Below, one piece after another: positions 32,738 through 43,173 of a DNA stretch of 64,000 bases (position 1 is its first letter; each line of letters opens with the position of its first letter). The stretch is from an uncultured Chthonomonadaceae bacterium (lineage in GTDB: Bacteria > Armatimonadota > Chthonomonadetes > Chthonomonadales > Chthonomonadaceae): NCBI GenBank assembly GCA_963817895.1, contig CAWFQB010000014.1, positions 288,001 to 352,000 of the forward strand, written 5' to 3'. The position numbers and the translations under genes were made by a program. The notes under the pieces were generated by a model that was not told the origin of the DNA, made no database searches, and was given only the letters and a program-made list of their open reading frames with translations.

Positions 32738-34143
32738 CCGTTGAAATCCTCGCGAACGCAGTCCGCCGCCAGAATGCCGGAAAGCGCGCAGAAACTCACC
32801 CACTGGCCGGGATGCGTGGAACTGCCCGCCAGGTAAAGCCCCTTCACACACGCGCTCCGGTGCGCGAGGCGTCCGCTGCGCATGAATTTCGCCGTCATTA
32901 CCGGGTTCATGCTGTCACGGTAAAGGTGGAATTGCGCGCCCCACTCGCATGGAATACGTGTCGCCAGTACGCGAACGTCGGTAAACTGGTCGCGCCACCA
33001 GTCTTCAGCGAGCAGCCTGTCCAGGAACGCGCGCTGTCCGTCTGCGCCGCCACTTTGCGCCTCTTCATACCGCATGGGAGCCATCAGGCGAGCGGGCCAC
33101 CATCCCTCCCGTTCCCACTCCAGCCCCATCACCCCGGCGCGAATCAACAGTCGGCATAGTTCCTGCCCGCCGGGTAAATGGAAGCGCAGATAAGGGGGTG
33201 ACATACTCCCACGCACGGCAAGGTAGGCGCACACCCCCGGCGATTGCAGCGGCAGGCGCTCCAACCGATGCCGCTCCTGCGCAGGCGTTGCCTCCGCCAA
33301 ATCGAGATAGGTTCCAACCCCATGCGCGTTGGACACTACAGCATCCGCGCTCAGGAATGTCCCGTCTTCCAGCTCTACGCCGCTGACGCGGCCCTGCTCG
33401 CGCCGAATCGCGCGGACACGCACCCCATACTGGAACGTGACGCCGGCCGCCGTGGCCGCCTGCGCCAGAGCGGCAGGAATCGCGCCAATGCCGCCAACGG
33501 GATAGTAGGCTCCGACCTCATGTATCAGTGAGGGAACAAACGCAAGCGGACTGGGCGCTTCCGAAGCCTGCTGCCCCGCAATGTGCGTCCAAACCGAAAT
33601 GGCATCGCGTATTGGCTGCGGCAGTCCGGTACGGGCAAGAACACCTTTCAGGGAGCGAAGCAAAAAGGGCGCTGCGCGCCAAGCCGAATTTTGTATCAAA
33701 TTCAGTGGCCCCGGATGCGAAACATGCTGCAACGGGGCCAGTTGTTGATAAATCTCAAAGGTTTCGGCCACAAAACGCAGGTATTGTTTGCCGCTGCCCG
33801 GCCAAACGCGCTCGAATCCGTTCGCCGTAGCCTCCTTATCCGCCATGAACCGGCAGACAATCCCCTGAGCCGACGCGACCTCATACACGGAATCAATGCG
33901 GCGCAACGGCACATGCTCCTCCAAACGCAGTCCCACCGCTGCAAAGGCATATTCCAGCCCCGGCTTGTCCAGCAGAATATACGGGCCGGCGTCGAAGTGA
34001 AAGCCCTCCAATTCGTAAGGGGAGGCCAGACCGCCCGGAGTGTCCCGCGCCTCCACGACCTGCGCGTTCCAGCCGGATCGCGCAAGCCGCAGGGCAGCGG
34101 TCAATCCCCCCATACCCGCCCCGATTACAATGACGCTGCGCAT
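32731..34143 (-). CDS. FAD-dependent oxidoreductase, phytoene desaturase (CrtI)-like family
   Basis: VIVIGAGMGGLTAA, FHFDAGP, YPVGG, GLYLAGSSTHPG. Confidence 0.85.
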   Translation of the reverse strand: MRSVIVIGAGMGGLTAALRLARSGWNAQVVEARDTPGGLASPYELEGFHFDAGPYILLDKPGLEYAFAAVGLRLEEHVPLRRIDSVYEVASAQGIVCRFMADKEATANGFERVWPGSGKQYLRFVAETFEIYQQLAPLQHVSHPGPLNLIQNSAWRAAPFLLRSLKGVLARTGLPQPIRDAISVWTHIAGQQASEAPSPLAFVPSLIHEVGAYYPVGGIGAIPAALAQAATAAGVTFQYGVRVRAIRREQGRVSGVELEDGTFLSADAVVSNAHGVGTYLDLAEATPAQERHRLERLPLQSPGVCAYLAVRGSMSPPYLRFHLPGGQELCRLLIRAGVMGLEWEREGWWPARLMAPMRYEEAQSGGADGQRAFLDRLLAEDWWRDQFTDVRVLATRIPCEWGAQFHLYRDSMNPVMTAKFMRSGRLAHRSACVKGLYLAGSSTHPGQWVSFCALSGILAADCVREDFNGC

Positions 34144-36022
34144 TAGACATTGCCTGCCTTTTTATGGCCGCGCCGATGCCGCAAACCGAGCATCCCCTGC
34201 ATGATACGACGCCCTGCCCGCAGGTAGAACGTTGCTCGCGCCAGGCGCGGAAACGCGCGCTCATCCATTTCCGGCACGAACAGCGCGCCGCGCCCGCTTC
34301 CGAACTCATAAACGGGGTATGCCAGCAAACTCAGCAGCGTCGTCCACTCGCTGTAGTACGGCCCGCGCCAGTCTGAAATGGGTGTATCTTCGCCGATGAT
34401 CTCTGTTTCGGGAGTCGGATCGCCGAACCAGTGACAGGCCGCATTGAGCAAATTGGAGCGGCGTGGATTGGACAGTCCCATGTGACGCGCAGCCACCAAA
34501 TCCAGCGCCAGGGCATCTGTGGCGGAGTAGATACGATGCGGGGCGCGGGGGCGGGGACACCCCATAATGCCTGCCAGTCCGTCCGCAGCGGAATCGTAAG
34601 CGTCCAGCAACGCGAAATGAGCCGGAAATTCACTCATCAGCATCATCACGGCCGTATCGCGGTGCGCCTGCCGCTCCGCAAATAGAAACTCGTCACAGCG
34701 CGTCCCCATGCTGTCGAGATTGCCGACCGTCAGGTAGACCTGTTCCGTGGGATGACTGCGCATTTTGCCAAAGGTGATACGAAAATCCGCCTCTTTCCAC
34801 GTCCGCCCGACGGTATACTGCGCCAGGCCGCGAAAATAGGCGTGAGTAATCTGGTCTTCGGACATGTCAACGACCTCGAAGGCCGGAGAAGCGATCCCGA
34901 AGTATGCGGCGACATCCGCGACAGCGCGATTGGCGTAGAAGCGGTCGTAAAGGTTACGCGCTTCCACAACCGCGACATGGCCGCAGCCCATTTCGCGGAG
35001 GGTTTGCGCCAGCGCGTCGAGCAATTCCGGGTCCGTAATCATGGAACGGTCGCAGCGATCATAGCCCATCATGAACGCCGCTTTGATAACTACGCGCATC
35101 TCGTGTAGCGGCTTGCCAAGCGCCTGCGCCCGTCTTGCCAACTGTGTTTGCAGGTCGGCCTCATCGAGAAGTCGGCGGAACATCGGGAGTTTATCGGCGG
35201 CGTGTGTTCCCTGCCGTATCCAGACCTGTGGAGGCCGTCCCGACGGGCTGGAAGTCGCGGCGGCGCTGCGAAGCGAGCGGGGCAGGAAATACTCGGCAAC
35301 GCCACCAATCTGTTCGGCAAGGGTTTTCAGCGTAGTTCCTTCTGTGAGCCGGTCCTGCGTATCCAAAGCCGCCGCAATAATCTCGAAGATGCGGGTATGG
35401 CGCTCTTCGTCTTCCCACACCCTCCGCAAGTCATCCTCCAGCGCCGGGGGAACTGCACAGACAATTGAGGAATCAACGCCAGCATGCGCTCATAACATAA
35501 AGCGGCAGTCCTTTCAGCGTCAATATTGAAGATACAGAAGTCTCGAAAAGGCCGATAGCGCAAATACTCCTGCACGTCGCGGGGAATCTGCCCCATGAGG
35601 GAACCCATTCCGGTGATTCCCGTTGCCAGCGCGTAGGCGAACGGGGCCTGCGACCAGTGGATATGCTGCCGCACGGAACCGGCCCAGCCGCCAATCGCCC
35701 CTGTCATCTGCTTGCCAAAAGCGCGGACGCGCAATATCGGGCTGCCCATACGCAAAATAGCGCCGCGCAGATAAAGCGTGTGCATCTGCTCGTCTTTCCA
35801 AGCCCAAACGAGCGCGTGATGAATCAAATTCTGAGTCTGTGGCGATACAGGCATTTGCTGTAGACGCTGCAGCATCAGCGTTTCGCGATAGCCGACAGAT
35901 ACCACTTCTTCACGTTCGAGCGCGAGAAAGAGCAGGCGCAGCATCTCTTGCGCGGGCTGTCCGACATACCGGATTTTCCAGTTATCGAGTTCGCGCGCAA
36001 ACTCCTCAAAGACGTTGCTCAT
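34143..36022 (-). CDS. Ferritin-like diiron domain fused to DUF362-like domain (one frameshift)
   Basis: LEREE / DEQMH / DAERTA / DEERH carboxylate-His pattern across ORFs 35327 and 34143, then ITDPELLDAL, ADFRITFGKMRSH, DALALDLVAARHMG. Confidence 0.65.
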
Positions 36023-36033
36023 ACCCCCTCCTT

Positions 36034-37428
36034 TCACCACGGACAGGGCGCGTAGTCTTTCAAAAACACGCCATAGTACGGTTCTTTGTCGTCCGTGATG
36101 CCCTCCGCAATGGGGTGATAAATACGCGCCATGCCGTCGAAAATATCAAGGGGCGCGAAAAATCCGCCCTCTTCCTGATTGCGGGTGCGTTTGGGCATGG
36201 GGTTTTCGTCCGTGACCCAACCCGTATCCACGCTGTTCATGTAAATGCCGTCACGGGCGTAATCGTCGCCGCTGGTGCGCGTCATCATATTCAGCGCGGC
36301 TTTCGCCATGTTGGTGTGGGGATGATATACCGTTTTGTGCCGCTGAAACTGCCCCTCCATTGCCGACACGTTGACGATGAAGCGGCGCGCAAACGGCGAA
36401 CGCAGCAGCAGGGGCTTGCACCGACTGTTGAGCAGAAACGGCGCGACACTGTTCACCAACTGCACTTCCAGCATTTCCGGCGCGCTGACGGCATCCAGAC
36501 GCAGCAGCCAACTGTTCATATCCCGCGAATCAACCCGCTCCTCATTGTCCTCGAAAGCGTCAACGGGCAGTATGTCCATAATGCCGCCGGTAGCAGGAAG
36601 CAATGTGGATGAACCATCCGCGAGAGACGGCAGCGCAGACGATACCTGACGCACCAACCGCCGCGCTTCCAGGGAAAGCGTATCCTGCGGCGATTGCTCC
36701 TGCGCCAGCAAATCCTGATAAAATCCGCGCGGGCGGCGTATCGTCTGCGCGGCGTTGTGGATGATAATGTCTAAGGAGGGTTCTGTATCCAGCAGATGAT
36801 GCGCGAACGCCTCCACAGCCGGAATGTTGCGCAAATCCAGCCCGTACAAATGCAGGCGCTCCGCCCACTGCGCGGAATCCGCTTCGGCCTGAAAGCGGCG
36901 GGCGGCGGCATGGGGAAACCGGGTCGTGACAATCACCTTTGCGCCATCGCGCAGCAGCCGCAGCACGGTTTGAAACCCGATCTTGACGCGCCCGCCCGTG
37001 ACAAGCGCAACTCGTCCGGTCAGGTCGGCCCGCAGGTTCCGCATCCGGTAATTAAAGGCGGCGCAATCGGGGCAGAGCAGATGATAGAAAAAGTGAACGT
37101 CCGTATATGCCGCTTTACAGATATAACAATTTTCCGGCTGATTGAGTTTCCGTTCTGAAGACGCCCCTTCTGTTGACGACGCGGCAGGCAGCAACATTGG
37201 CGAGATCGCGTCGCGCTGTATCTGCACCATAGAAGTGGTCGCCTGCAAAGCGCGGTCTTCAATTGTCTGCCGCCATTTCTCGTCGCGCTTCAGGTCCCGG
37301 TTGCCCGCTTTATGCACTTTGGAGATCAAGCCCCGAAAACGCTCGTCGCCACGCACAATGCGCGGGTTATTCGCGACCCGCTGCAAAACTTGCAAACATG
37401 CTTCCATCTCTTCCGGCGTAATATCCAT
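36034..37428 (-). CDS. SDR family oxidoreductase with N-terminal CxxC...CxxC motif
   Basis: CYICK...LCPDC, ALVTGGRVKIG, IIHNAAQT, NVSAMEG, HTNMAKAALNM. Confidence 0.88.
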   Translation of the reverse strand: MDITPEEMEACLQVLQRVANNPRIVRGDERFRGLISKVHKAGNRDLKRDEKWRQTIEDRALQATTSMVQIQRDAISPMLLPAASSTEGASSERKLNQPENCYICKAAYTDVHFFYHLLCPDCAAFNYRMRNLRADLTGRVALVTGGRVKIGFQTVLRLLRDGAKVIVTTRFPHAAARRFQAEADSAQWAERLHLYGLDLRNIPAVEAFAHHLLDTEPSLDIIIHNAAQTIRRPRGFYQDLLAQEQSPQDTLSLEARRLVRQVSSALPSLADGSSTLLPATGGIMDILPVDAFEDNEERVDSRDMNSWLLRLDAVSAPEMLEVQLVNSVAPFLLNSRCKPLLLRSPFARRFIVNVSAMEGQFQRHKTVYHPHTNMAKAALNMMTRTSGDDYARDGIYMNSVDTGWVTDENPMPKRTRNQEEGGFFAPLDIFDGMARIYHPIAEGITDDKEPYYGVFLKDYAPCPW

Positions 37429-37519
37429 ACCAGTCCTTTTCCCGGCAAGCGCGATGCAAACGCCTGCCTATTTCGCTTATAGATTTCTGTTATCCTCTTT
37501 TAGATGCTAAACTAAACCC

Positions 37520-38797
37520 ATGAGACTCGCGACCATTCGTAAACAGACGGCCCGACGCTTTGTATTGGGAAGACAGGGATTGTGGCCGGGACGCCGGTAT
37601 ACCGGAAAAAGCGGCGTGGCGCAGGCTATACGCGCTTCCGAGTGCGTTCAGGTAGATACTATCAATATTATACAGCGCAGCCACGACCTGACGCTGTTTG
37701 CCCGCGTGTCCGATTATCAGCCCGAATGGCTGCATGACGTGTGCTACGGCGAGCGGCAGTTCTTCGATTACGGAACTATCCTGATGCTGTATCCGATTGC
37801 CGATCTACCCTGCTTCCAGACAGTGATGCAGCGGCTGCATCAGCGGCTTTCCCCTGCGGAAGAACAGGCTCAAACGGTACGCCAACACGTTCTGGAAGAA
37901 ATCGCGAAGCGCGGCCCGCTTGCCAACCGGGACTTTACAGAGAGGGAACGCATACCGGGCGGCTTCAATTATGTCAAAGACACAAGCAGCGCATTATACC
38001 ATCTTTATCTGAGCGGTCATGTAATGACACATCATCGGCGCAACTTCGAGCGTGTATATGATCTGTCGCACAATGTCAACGCGCAGTTAAACGAAACCCC
38101 GTCCTGCCCGCCTGTTTCGGCTGCGGATGCCGAGCGTTTCTTTGCCTTGAAAGCTATGCGCGATTTGGGACTGGCAACAGGCGCGGAATGGGCGCGGCGC
38201 GCATCCCTGATGCAGCATGAGCGAATACCCGCCAGAACCGCGACAAAGCGGCTGGACACACTAGTTTCAGAAGGTGCGCTTGCCACAGTGGAAGTCGAGG
38301 GGATACGCGAACCCTGCTATCTGCCTGCCGAAGACGCGCCCCTGCTCCCCATCCTCGCAGCAGGCGAAATCCCGAGACAATGGCAGACTGTCAATGCCAC
38401 AACCAACGAGGAAGTGACGTTTCTCGCGCCATTGGATAACGTGATATGGGATCGCGCTCGTACCGCGTCCCTGTTCGATTTTGAGTACGTGTGGGAAGTC
38501 TACAAGCCCGCCGCCACGCGCAAATGGGGATACTACACCCTTCCTATTCTGTATGGGGATCGTCTCGTCGCTCGCATGGCGTTCCGGCTTGAGCGCAAAG
38601 CACAAACCCTCTTCGTGGAGGGCTTCTGGCTGGAAGCAAATCAATCTGTAGACGACGTAAATTTTCAGCAGGCGCTTTCACGCGGCTTGTCTAACTTTGT
38701 GCGATTTCATAAGGCGCAGCAGGTTTCGCTTTCCCCAGAAGCGAAACTCGTTCCTGAATTGCGCGCGCTCCTGAACAGTTTGGTTCCTAACCTCTAA
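37520..38797 (+). CDS. YcaQ/AlkZ-like winged-helix DNA glycosylase family protein
   Basis: VQVDTINIIQRSH, FERVYDL, FLAPLDNVIWDR, FEYVWEVYKP..RKWGYYTLPIL. Confidence 0.9.
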   Translation: MRLATIRKQTARRFVLGRQGLWPGRRYTGKSGVAQAIRASECVQVDTINIIQRSHDLTLFARVSDYQPEWLHDVCYGERQFFDYGTILMLYPIADLPCFQTVMQRLHQRLSPAEEQAQTVRQHVLEEIAKRGPLANRDFTERERIPGGFNYVKDTSSALYHLYLSGHVMTHHRRNFERVYDLSHNVNAQLNETPSCPPVSAADAERFFALKAMRDLGLATGAEWARRASLMQHERIPARTATKRLDTLVSEGALATVEVEGIREPCYLPAEDAPLLPILAAGEIPRQWQTVNATTNEEVTFLAPLDNVIWDRARTASLFDFEYVWEVYKPAATRKWGYYTLPILYGDRLVARMAFRLERKAQTLFVEGFWLEANQSVDDVNFQQALSRGLSNFVRFHKAQQVSLSPEAKLVPELRALLNSLVPNL

Positions 38798-38947
38798 CGG
38801 CAGCAAAATAAGCCCGCCCGACAAATTCGAACAATTTCAACGTTTTTTACGTCTTTAGTCATATGGGCGGCTATAAGGTACCTAACTACGGGTACTTCCA
38901 CCAACGCCTGTCCTCATTTTCTGCTGTACTTCTTCTGGAATAAAATC

Positions 38948-39916
38948 ATGCCGGATACAATCGTTCGAGAATCTGAAAAACCTGCGCCCGCGCAGCAATC
39001 CCCTGCGCCGATGCAGACGGACTTGCGCCCCGCTGTTCTCATTGTTAATACCAAATCCCGCAAGGGTCAGGAGTGGTACGATCCTACCGTTGCTTGTCTC
39101 AAAACAAGCGGCGTTGAACTTCAGGAGGCTCACAAGCTGGAAGACCCTTCCAAACTCGATGATATGATACGCGCCCATATAAAGAACGGCGCGAAACTTA
39201 TTATTGTCGGGGGCGGGGACGGCACGTTCCGCACGGTTGCGGGATTGATGGCGCATACGGAGGCTACGCTTGGCGTTTTGCCGTTGGGAACCGTCAATGA
39301 CTTTGCCCGCAATTTAGGTATCGAAGCGAACGTGGAATCGGCCTGCACGGTTATCACCGAAGGGCATACCGCGCAGGTAGATATAGGGTGGGCAAACGAG
39401 GAACCGTTCATCATTACGGCCAGTCTGGGATTTTCGGCGCAGTCACAACTCTCGCTGAAGCCGCAACTTAAAAAGATGTGCGGGCCGTTCGGTTATCTGC
39501 TTGCCGGGGCGTTGGCGTTGCGCCGCCTGCGCGATTTGAAGGTGACGCTCAAACACGACGAAATTGAGGAGTGTATTGACGCGCTGCAAGTGGGGGTTAT
39601 CAAAGGACACTACTGGATGGGCGGCAAAGTAGAGATTCCCAATGTAAACCTTGCCGTTGACCAGTTCGCGTTTTATGCTATCCCTGCCCGCCATCGCCGC
39701 TCATTTATGAGCATTGCGCGACACCTTAAAAACGGCGACATTTTTCATACGCCTGAAGTGCGCGCCTTTACCACCCGCGATGTGACTATAGAAACTCCGA
39801 CCCCGCAGCCACTCGTGCTTGACGGCGACCTGTGCGGCAAAACGCCCGTTCGCCTGCGCGTGGACAGCAACGCCCTGCGCGTCTGCGCCGCCCCCGGCTT
39901 CCCAAACATGGAGTAG
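38948..39916 (+). CDS. Diacylglycerol/lipid kinase family protein (YegS/BmrU)
   Basis: VGGGDGT, LPLGTVNDFARNLG, LDGD. Confidence 0.9.
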   Translation: MPDTIVRESEKPAPAQQSPAPMQTDLRPAVLIVNTKSRKGQEWYDPTVACLKTSGVELQEAHKLEDPSKLDDMIRAHIKNGAKLIIVGGGDGTFRTVAGLMAHTEATLGVLPLGTVNDFARNLGIEANVESACTVITEGHTAQVDIGWANEEPFIITASLGFSAQSQLSLKPQLKKMCGPFGYLLAGALALRRLRDLKVTLKHDEIEECIDALQVGVIKGHYWMGGKVEIPNVNLAVDQFAFYAIPARHRRSFMSIARHLKNGDIFHTPEVRAFTTRDVTIETPTPQPLVLDGDLCGKTPVRLRVDSNALRVCAAPGFPNME

Positions 39917-39996
39917 CTCACATTGAATAGGTTCCCCTTCTCCCAGGCTTTTTTGGGAGAAGGGGTATGTCCACAAGTGGACGCCCGGGTTGAGGG

Positions 39997-41298
39997 CTAC
40001 AATCCCCGCGCCGCGCGAATGTCCTTTTGCGCGGTGAAAACGGCGGCACAGTAAAGGATGACAGCCACGATGACGTAGATAAGCGCGGTTGAGGAGATCG
40101 CTACGCTCATGGTGATGTGGTGGTCTACCGCCACGCCGATTGCCAGCGAACCAAGCCCCGCGCCCATCCAGCCGACGAGATTCATTAGCCCCGTCGCCGT
40201 GCCGCGCCGAATCGGAGTAATTACATCGTAATAGGCGGCGGTAAGGTTGGAATCATACACGCCCTTGCACAATCCGAACAGGGTCATGGCGAGAATCAGT
40301 ATACCGGGACTGCGAGTATAGCCGCAAAGGAAGATGAACGGCGCTCCGAGAAGCGCGGCTAATGCCTGCACCCGGATGCGCCCGTCAAGCCGCCATAACG
40401 CCCACCTGTCGGCCCATACGCCGCCAAGCAGCGAACCGGCAATACTCGCCATCTGAATGAAGAAGGATGCTCCCAACCCCGCCATCGCCAGATTCAGCCC
40501 GAACTTCTCTTTCAGGAATGTGGGCATCCATGTCAGGAAAACAAGTCCTACCATGTTCGCGCCGAAATACGCCCCAACCAGCAGAATGGCGGTAGGAGTG
40601 CGAGTCAACTCCAGCAGAAACGCTTGCATGGAGATCGGTTCCGGCTCCCGCTCTTCCACAAGCGCGCCCTGTTCCTCACGCTCCGCCTGATTGCGCTTCG
40701 GCTCCCGAATGAACACGCGCAGCAGAACCCCAAGACCGATACCCGCAATCGCGAGTACCCAAAACGGCGACTGCCAGCCGTAACGCTGTCCCATCCAGCC
40801 CGCAAGGGCGCTACCGCCAATGGTTCCGGCAAAGATGCTCGTCTGGTGCAGGCCGATAGCCCGCGAGCGCGTGGCGGGCGTATGGTAGTCGCTGATAATC
40901 GCCATCGAAGCCGGAAAATAAAACGCTTCTCCCAACCCCTCCGAGCCGCGAACCAGAACGAATTGCCATAACACCCGGCATTGCGCCGTCAGGCCGGTGA
41001 CAAGACTCCACACCCATAGTCCGCCCAAAATCACCCACTTGCGCGGATACCGATCCCCGATATGGCCCGCAAAAGGCGAAGCTAGCGCGTACACCCATGT
41101 AAAGGCCGCGCCGATCAAGCCAAGATCGGTTTTCGTGAAATGGTACTGCTTTTCGATAACAGGGAAAACGGAGAAGATAGCTAGACGGTCGGCATAATTA
41201 AAAAAGCAGATGAACCAGAGCATCCCAACCAGCGCCCACCGATAGGAGGAATTATGCGCAGCAGAAGATGTTGCCGTATCAGTGACAGGTTCCGGCAT
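39997..41298 (-). CDS. MFS transporter
   Basis: NYADR, GHIGDRYPRK, RGSEGLGEA; about 12 hydrophobic segments. Confidence 0.92.
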   Translation of the reverse strand: MPEPVTDTATSSAAHNSSYRWALVGMLWFICFFNYADRLAIFSVFPVIEKQYHFTKTDLGLIGAAFTWVYALASPFAGHIGDRYPRKWVILGGLWVWSLVTGLTAQCRVLWQFVLVRGSEGLGEAFYFPASMAIISDYHTPATRSRAIGLHQTSIFAGTIGGSALAGWMGQRYGWQSPFWVLAIAGIGLGVLLRVFIREPKRNQAEREEQGALVEEREPEPISMQAFLLELTRTPTAILLVGAYFGANMVGLVFLTWMPTFLKEKFGLNLAMAGLGASFFIQMASIAGSLLGGVWADRWALWRLDGRIRVQALAALLGAPFIFLCGYTRSPGILILAMTLFGLCKGVYDSNLTAAYYDVITPIRRGTATGLMNLVGWMGAGLGSLAIGVAVDHHITMSVAISSTALIYVIVAVILYCAAVFTAQKDIRAARGL

Positions 41299-41354
41299 CT
41301 CATTTCACCTGACAGTCTCCGGTACACCGTCCCGGCAGCACAAAGGAATAGGTT

Positions 41355-41578
41355 GTAGGGGTTCTGCTTGCTGAACCCTCCTCAGAATAGGCTGAACCCT
41401 CCTCAGAACAGGGTGGAACCCTCCTCAAAAGAGGGCGCAGCAAGCAGCGCCCCTACCTGTGTCATTTACCTTAGAGCCTATCCCAACAGGCGATTGCATT
41501 TGCGTCCGAAGGACGCTTGGCCGTAGGCCACTCAGACGGGTACGTTTTTGTACCCGGCCTATTGGGATAAGCTCTTAA
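41355..41578. repeat. GTAG REP doublet with internal tandem repeats, then three-hairpin element (copy 3) inside terminal inverted repeats
   Basis: gtaggggttctgcttgctgaaccct ... agggcgcagcaagcagcgcccctac (41355-41456) with three gaaccctcctca units; tagagcctatcccaa...ttgggataagctct flanks 41502-41557. Confidence 0.75.
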
Positions 41579-41585
41579 CGGTGTG

Positions 41586-43043
41586 TCAGGCCAGAATACC
41601 GGTGAGAATTTCGCCGTGTACGTCGGTCAGCCGGAAATCGCGCCCGCTGTAACGGTACGTGAGGCGGGTGTGGTCCAATCCCATCAGGTGCAGAACCGTA
41701 GCGTGTAAGTCGTGGACATGGACGCGGTTTTCAATGGCTTTGTAGCCGAACTCGTCTGTGGAACCATACGCCATGCCGCCCTTGACGCCGCCGCCCGCCA
41801 TCCACATGGAAAAACCCAGACTATGGTGGTCGCGCCCCTTGCCCTGTGAGGTTGGCGTTCGCCCGAACTCGCCGCCCCATATCACGAGCGTATCTTCCAG
41901 CATCCCCCGCGCTTTCAGGTCTTTTAGCAGGGCGGCAATCGGCCTGTCGCTTTTGCGGGCATGGTCACGGTGATTCTCGATGTCGCCGTGATCGTCCCAA
42001 GGCTGCCCGTCGCCATAATAAATCTGCGTGATGCGAACGCCGCGCTCTGCAAGCCGCCGCGCCATCAGGCAGGCATTGGCAAACTCGCCCTCGCCGTACA
42101 TTTTGCGCGTGGCTTCCGATTCCTTGCTGATGTCGAACGCGTCCTGCGCTTCCGTCTGCATCCGGTACGCCAGTTCCAGACTGGTGATGCGGGCTTCCAG
42201 TTGCGGGTCATGGTCGTGCTTGTTGAGATGTATGCCGTTCATCTGCTGCATCAAATCCAACTCCCCGCGCTGATCGGAGGCCGACAGGTAGCGGTTTTCC
42301 ACATTGCGCAGAATCTTCTTCGGGTCAATCTCCCGGTTGTTGATATGGGTTCCCTGATACACGCCGGGCAAAAAGCTATTGCTCCACAACTGCGGCCCAA
42401 CTACGGGCTTGCCCGGACACAAAGCCACAAAACCGGGCAAATCCTGATTGTCCGTACCCAGTCCGTAGGTAATCCACGAGCCGAGTGAAGGACGAATAGG
42501 CTGTATGTTGCCGGAATTCATCATCAGCAGGGCGGGTTCGTGGTTAGGCGTGTCCGTCCACATCGAGCGCACGATACAAATATCATCTATGCAGCTCCCG
42601 ACTTCGGGATACAACTCCGTGATTTCCAGCCCGCTTTTGCCATACCGCGCCGTTTTGAACGGTGACGCCATCAGTTTGTTGGGGTTCTTCTGATCGCCTA
42701 TCTTAATCGCGTCTGGCGACTGCCCCGCGTATTTCGCCAGCGACGGTTTGGGATCGAATGTATCCACATGCGACGGCCCGCCGTTCATAAACAGAAAAAT
42801 GACTCGTTTGGCGCGGGCGGGGAAGTGCGAGGCGCGGGGCGTCAGGTTGTAACTTCTCCCATGCGCCACAACAGGCGTTCCCGCATTTTTTACTGGAGAT
42901 GCCAGCGCGTCCGTCGACAAAATGCTGTTCAGCGCCAACGCCCCAAACCCGCCCCCAATTTTACACAACAGTTCCCGTCGCGAAGGCAGCGCGGAAAGAG
43001 TAGAAACCGTTTCGGATTGGTTGTCAGTTTGATTATCTTGCAT
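41586..43043 (-). CDS. DUF1501 domain protein (Tat leader)
   Basis: SRRELL, RAKRVIFLFMNGGPSHVDTFDPKP, WGGEFGRTP, GRDHH, HVHDLHAT. Confidence 0.93.
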   Translation of the reverse strand: MQDNQTDNQSETVSTLSALPSRRELLCKIGGGFGALALNSILSTDALASPVKNAGTPVVAHGRSYNLTPRASHFPARAKRVIFLFMNGGPSHVDTFDPKPSLAKYAGQSPDAIKIGDQKNPNKLMASPFKTARYGKSGLEITELYPEVGSCIDDICIVRSMWTDTPNHEPALLMMNSGNIQPIRPSLGSWITYGLGTDNQDLPGFVALCPGKPVVGPQLWSNSFLPGVYQGTHINNREIDPKKILRNVENRYLSASDQRGELDLMQQMNGIHLNKHDHDPQLEARITSLELAYRMQTEAQDAFDISKESEATRKMYGEGEFANACLMARRLAERGVRITQIYYGDGQPWDDHGDIENHRDHARKSDRPIAALLKDLKARGMLEDTLVIWGGEFGRTPTSQGKGRDHHSLGFSMWMAGGGVKGGMAYGSTDEFGYKAIENRVHVHDLHATVLHLMGLDHTRLTYRYSGRDFRLTDVHGEILTGILA

Positions 43044-43173
43044 CGTGTTATATCTCACTTCAGCGAATTTTTGGAGCAACTTCAATGTACATCGCCAACC
43101 ATCTTCAATCATCAGTCTCCCCTCTCCCAGCGCGTTGCGCGGCAAGGAGAGGGGCCGGGGGTGAGGTTCCCCA

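Noticed and set aside
32731..34143. crtI of a carotenoid cluster
   Set aside because: Only family-level motifs; no crtB, crtE or crtY nearby.
41355..41456. CRISPR-like array
   Set aside because: Only three short gaaccctcctca units with about 9-nt gaps inside a REP doublet; no unique spacers of CRISPR length and no cas genes.
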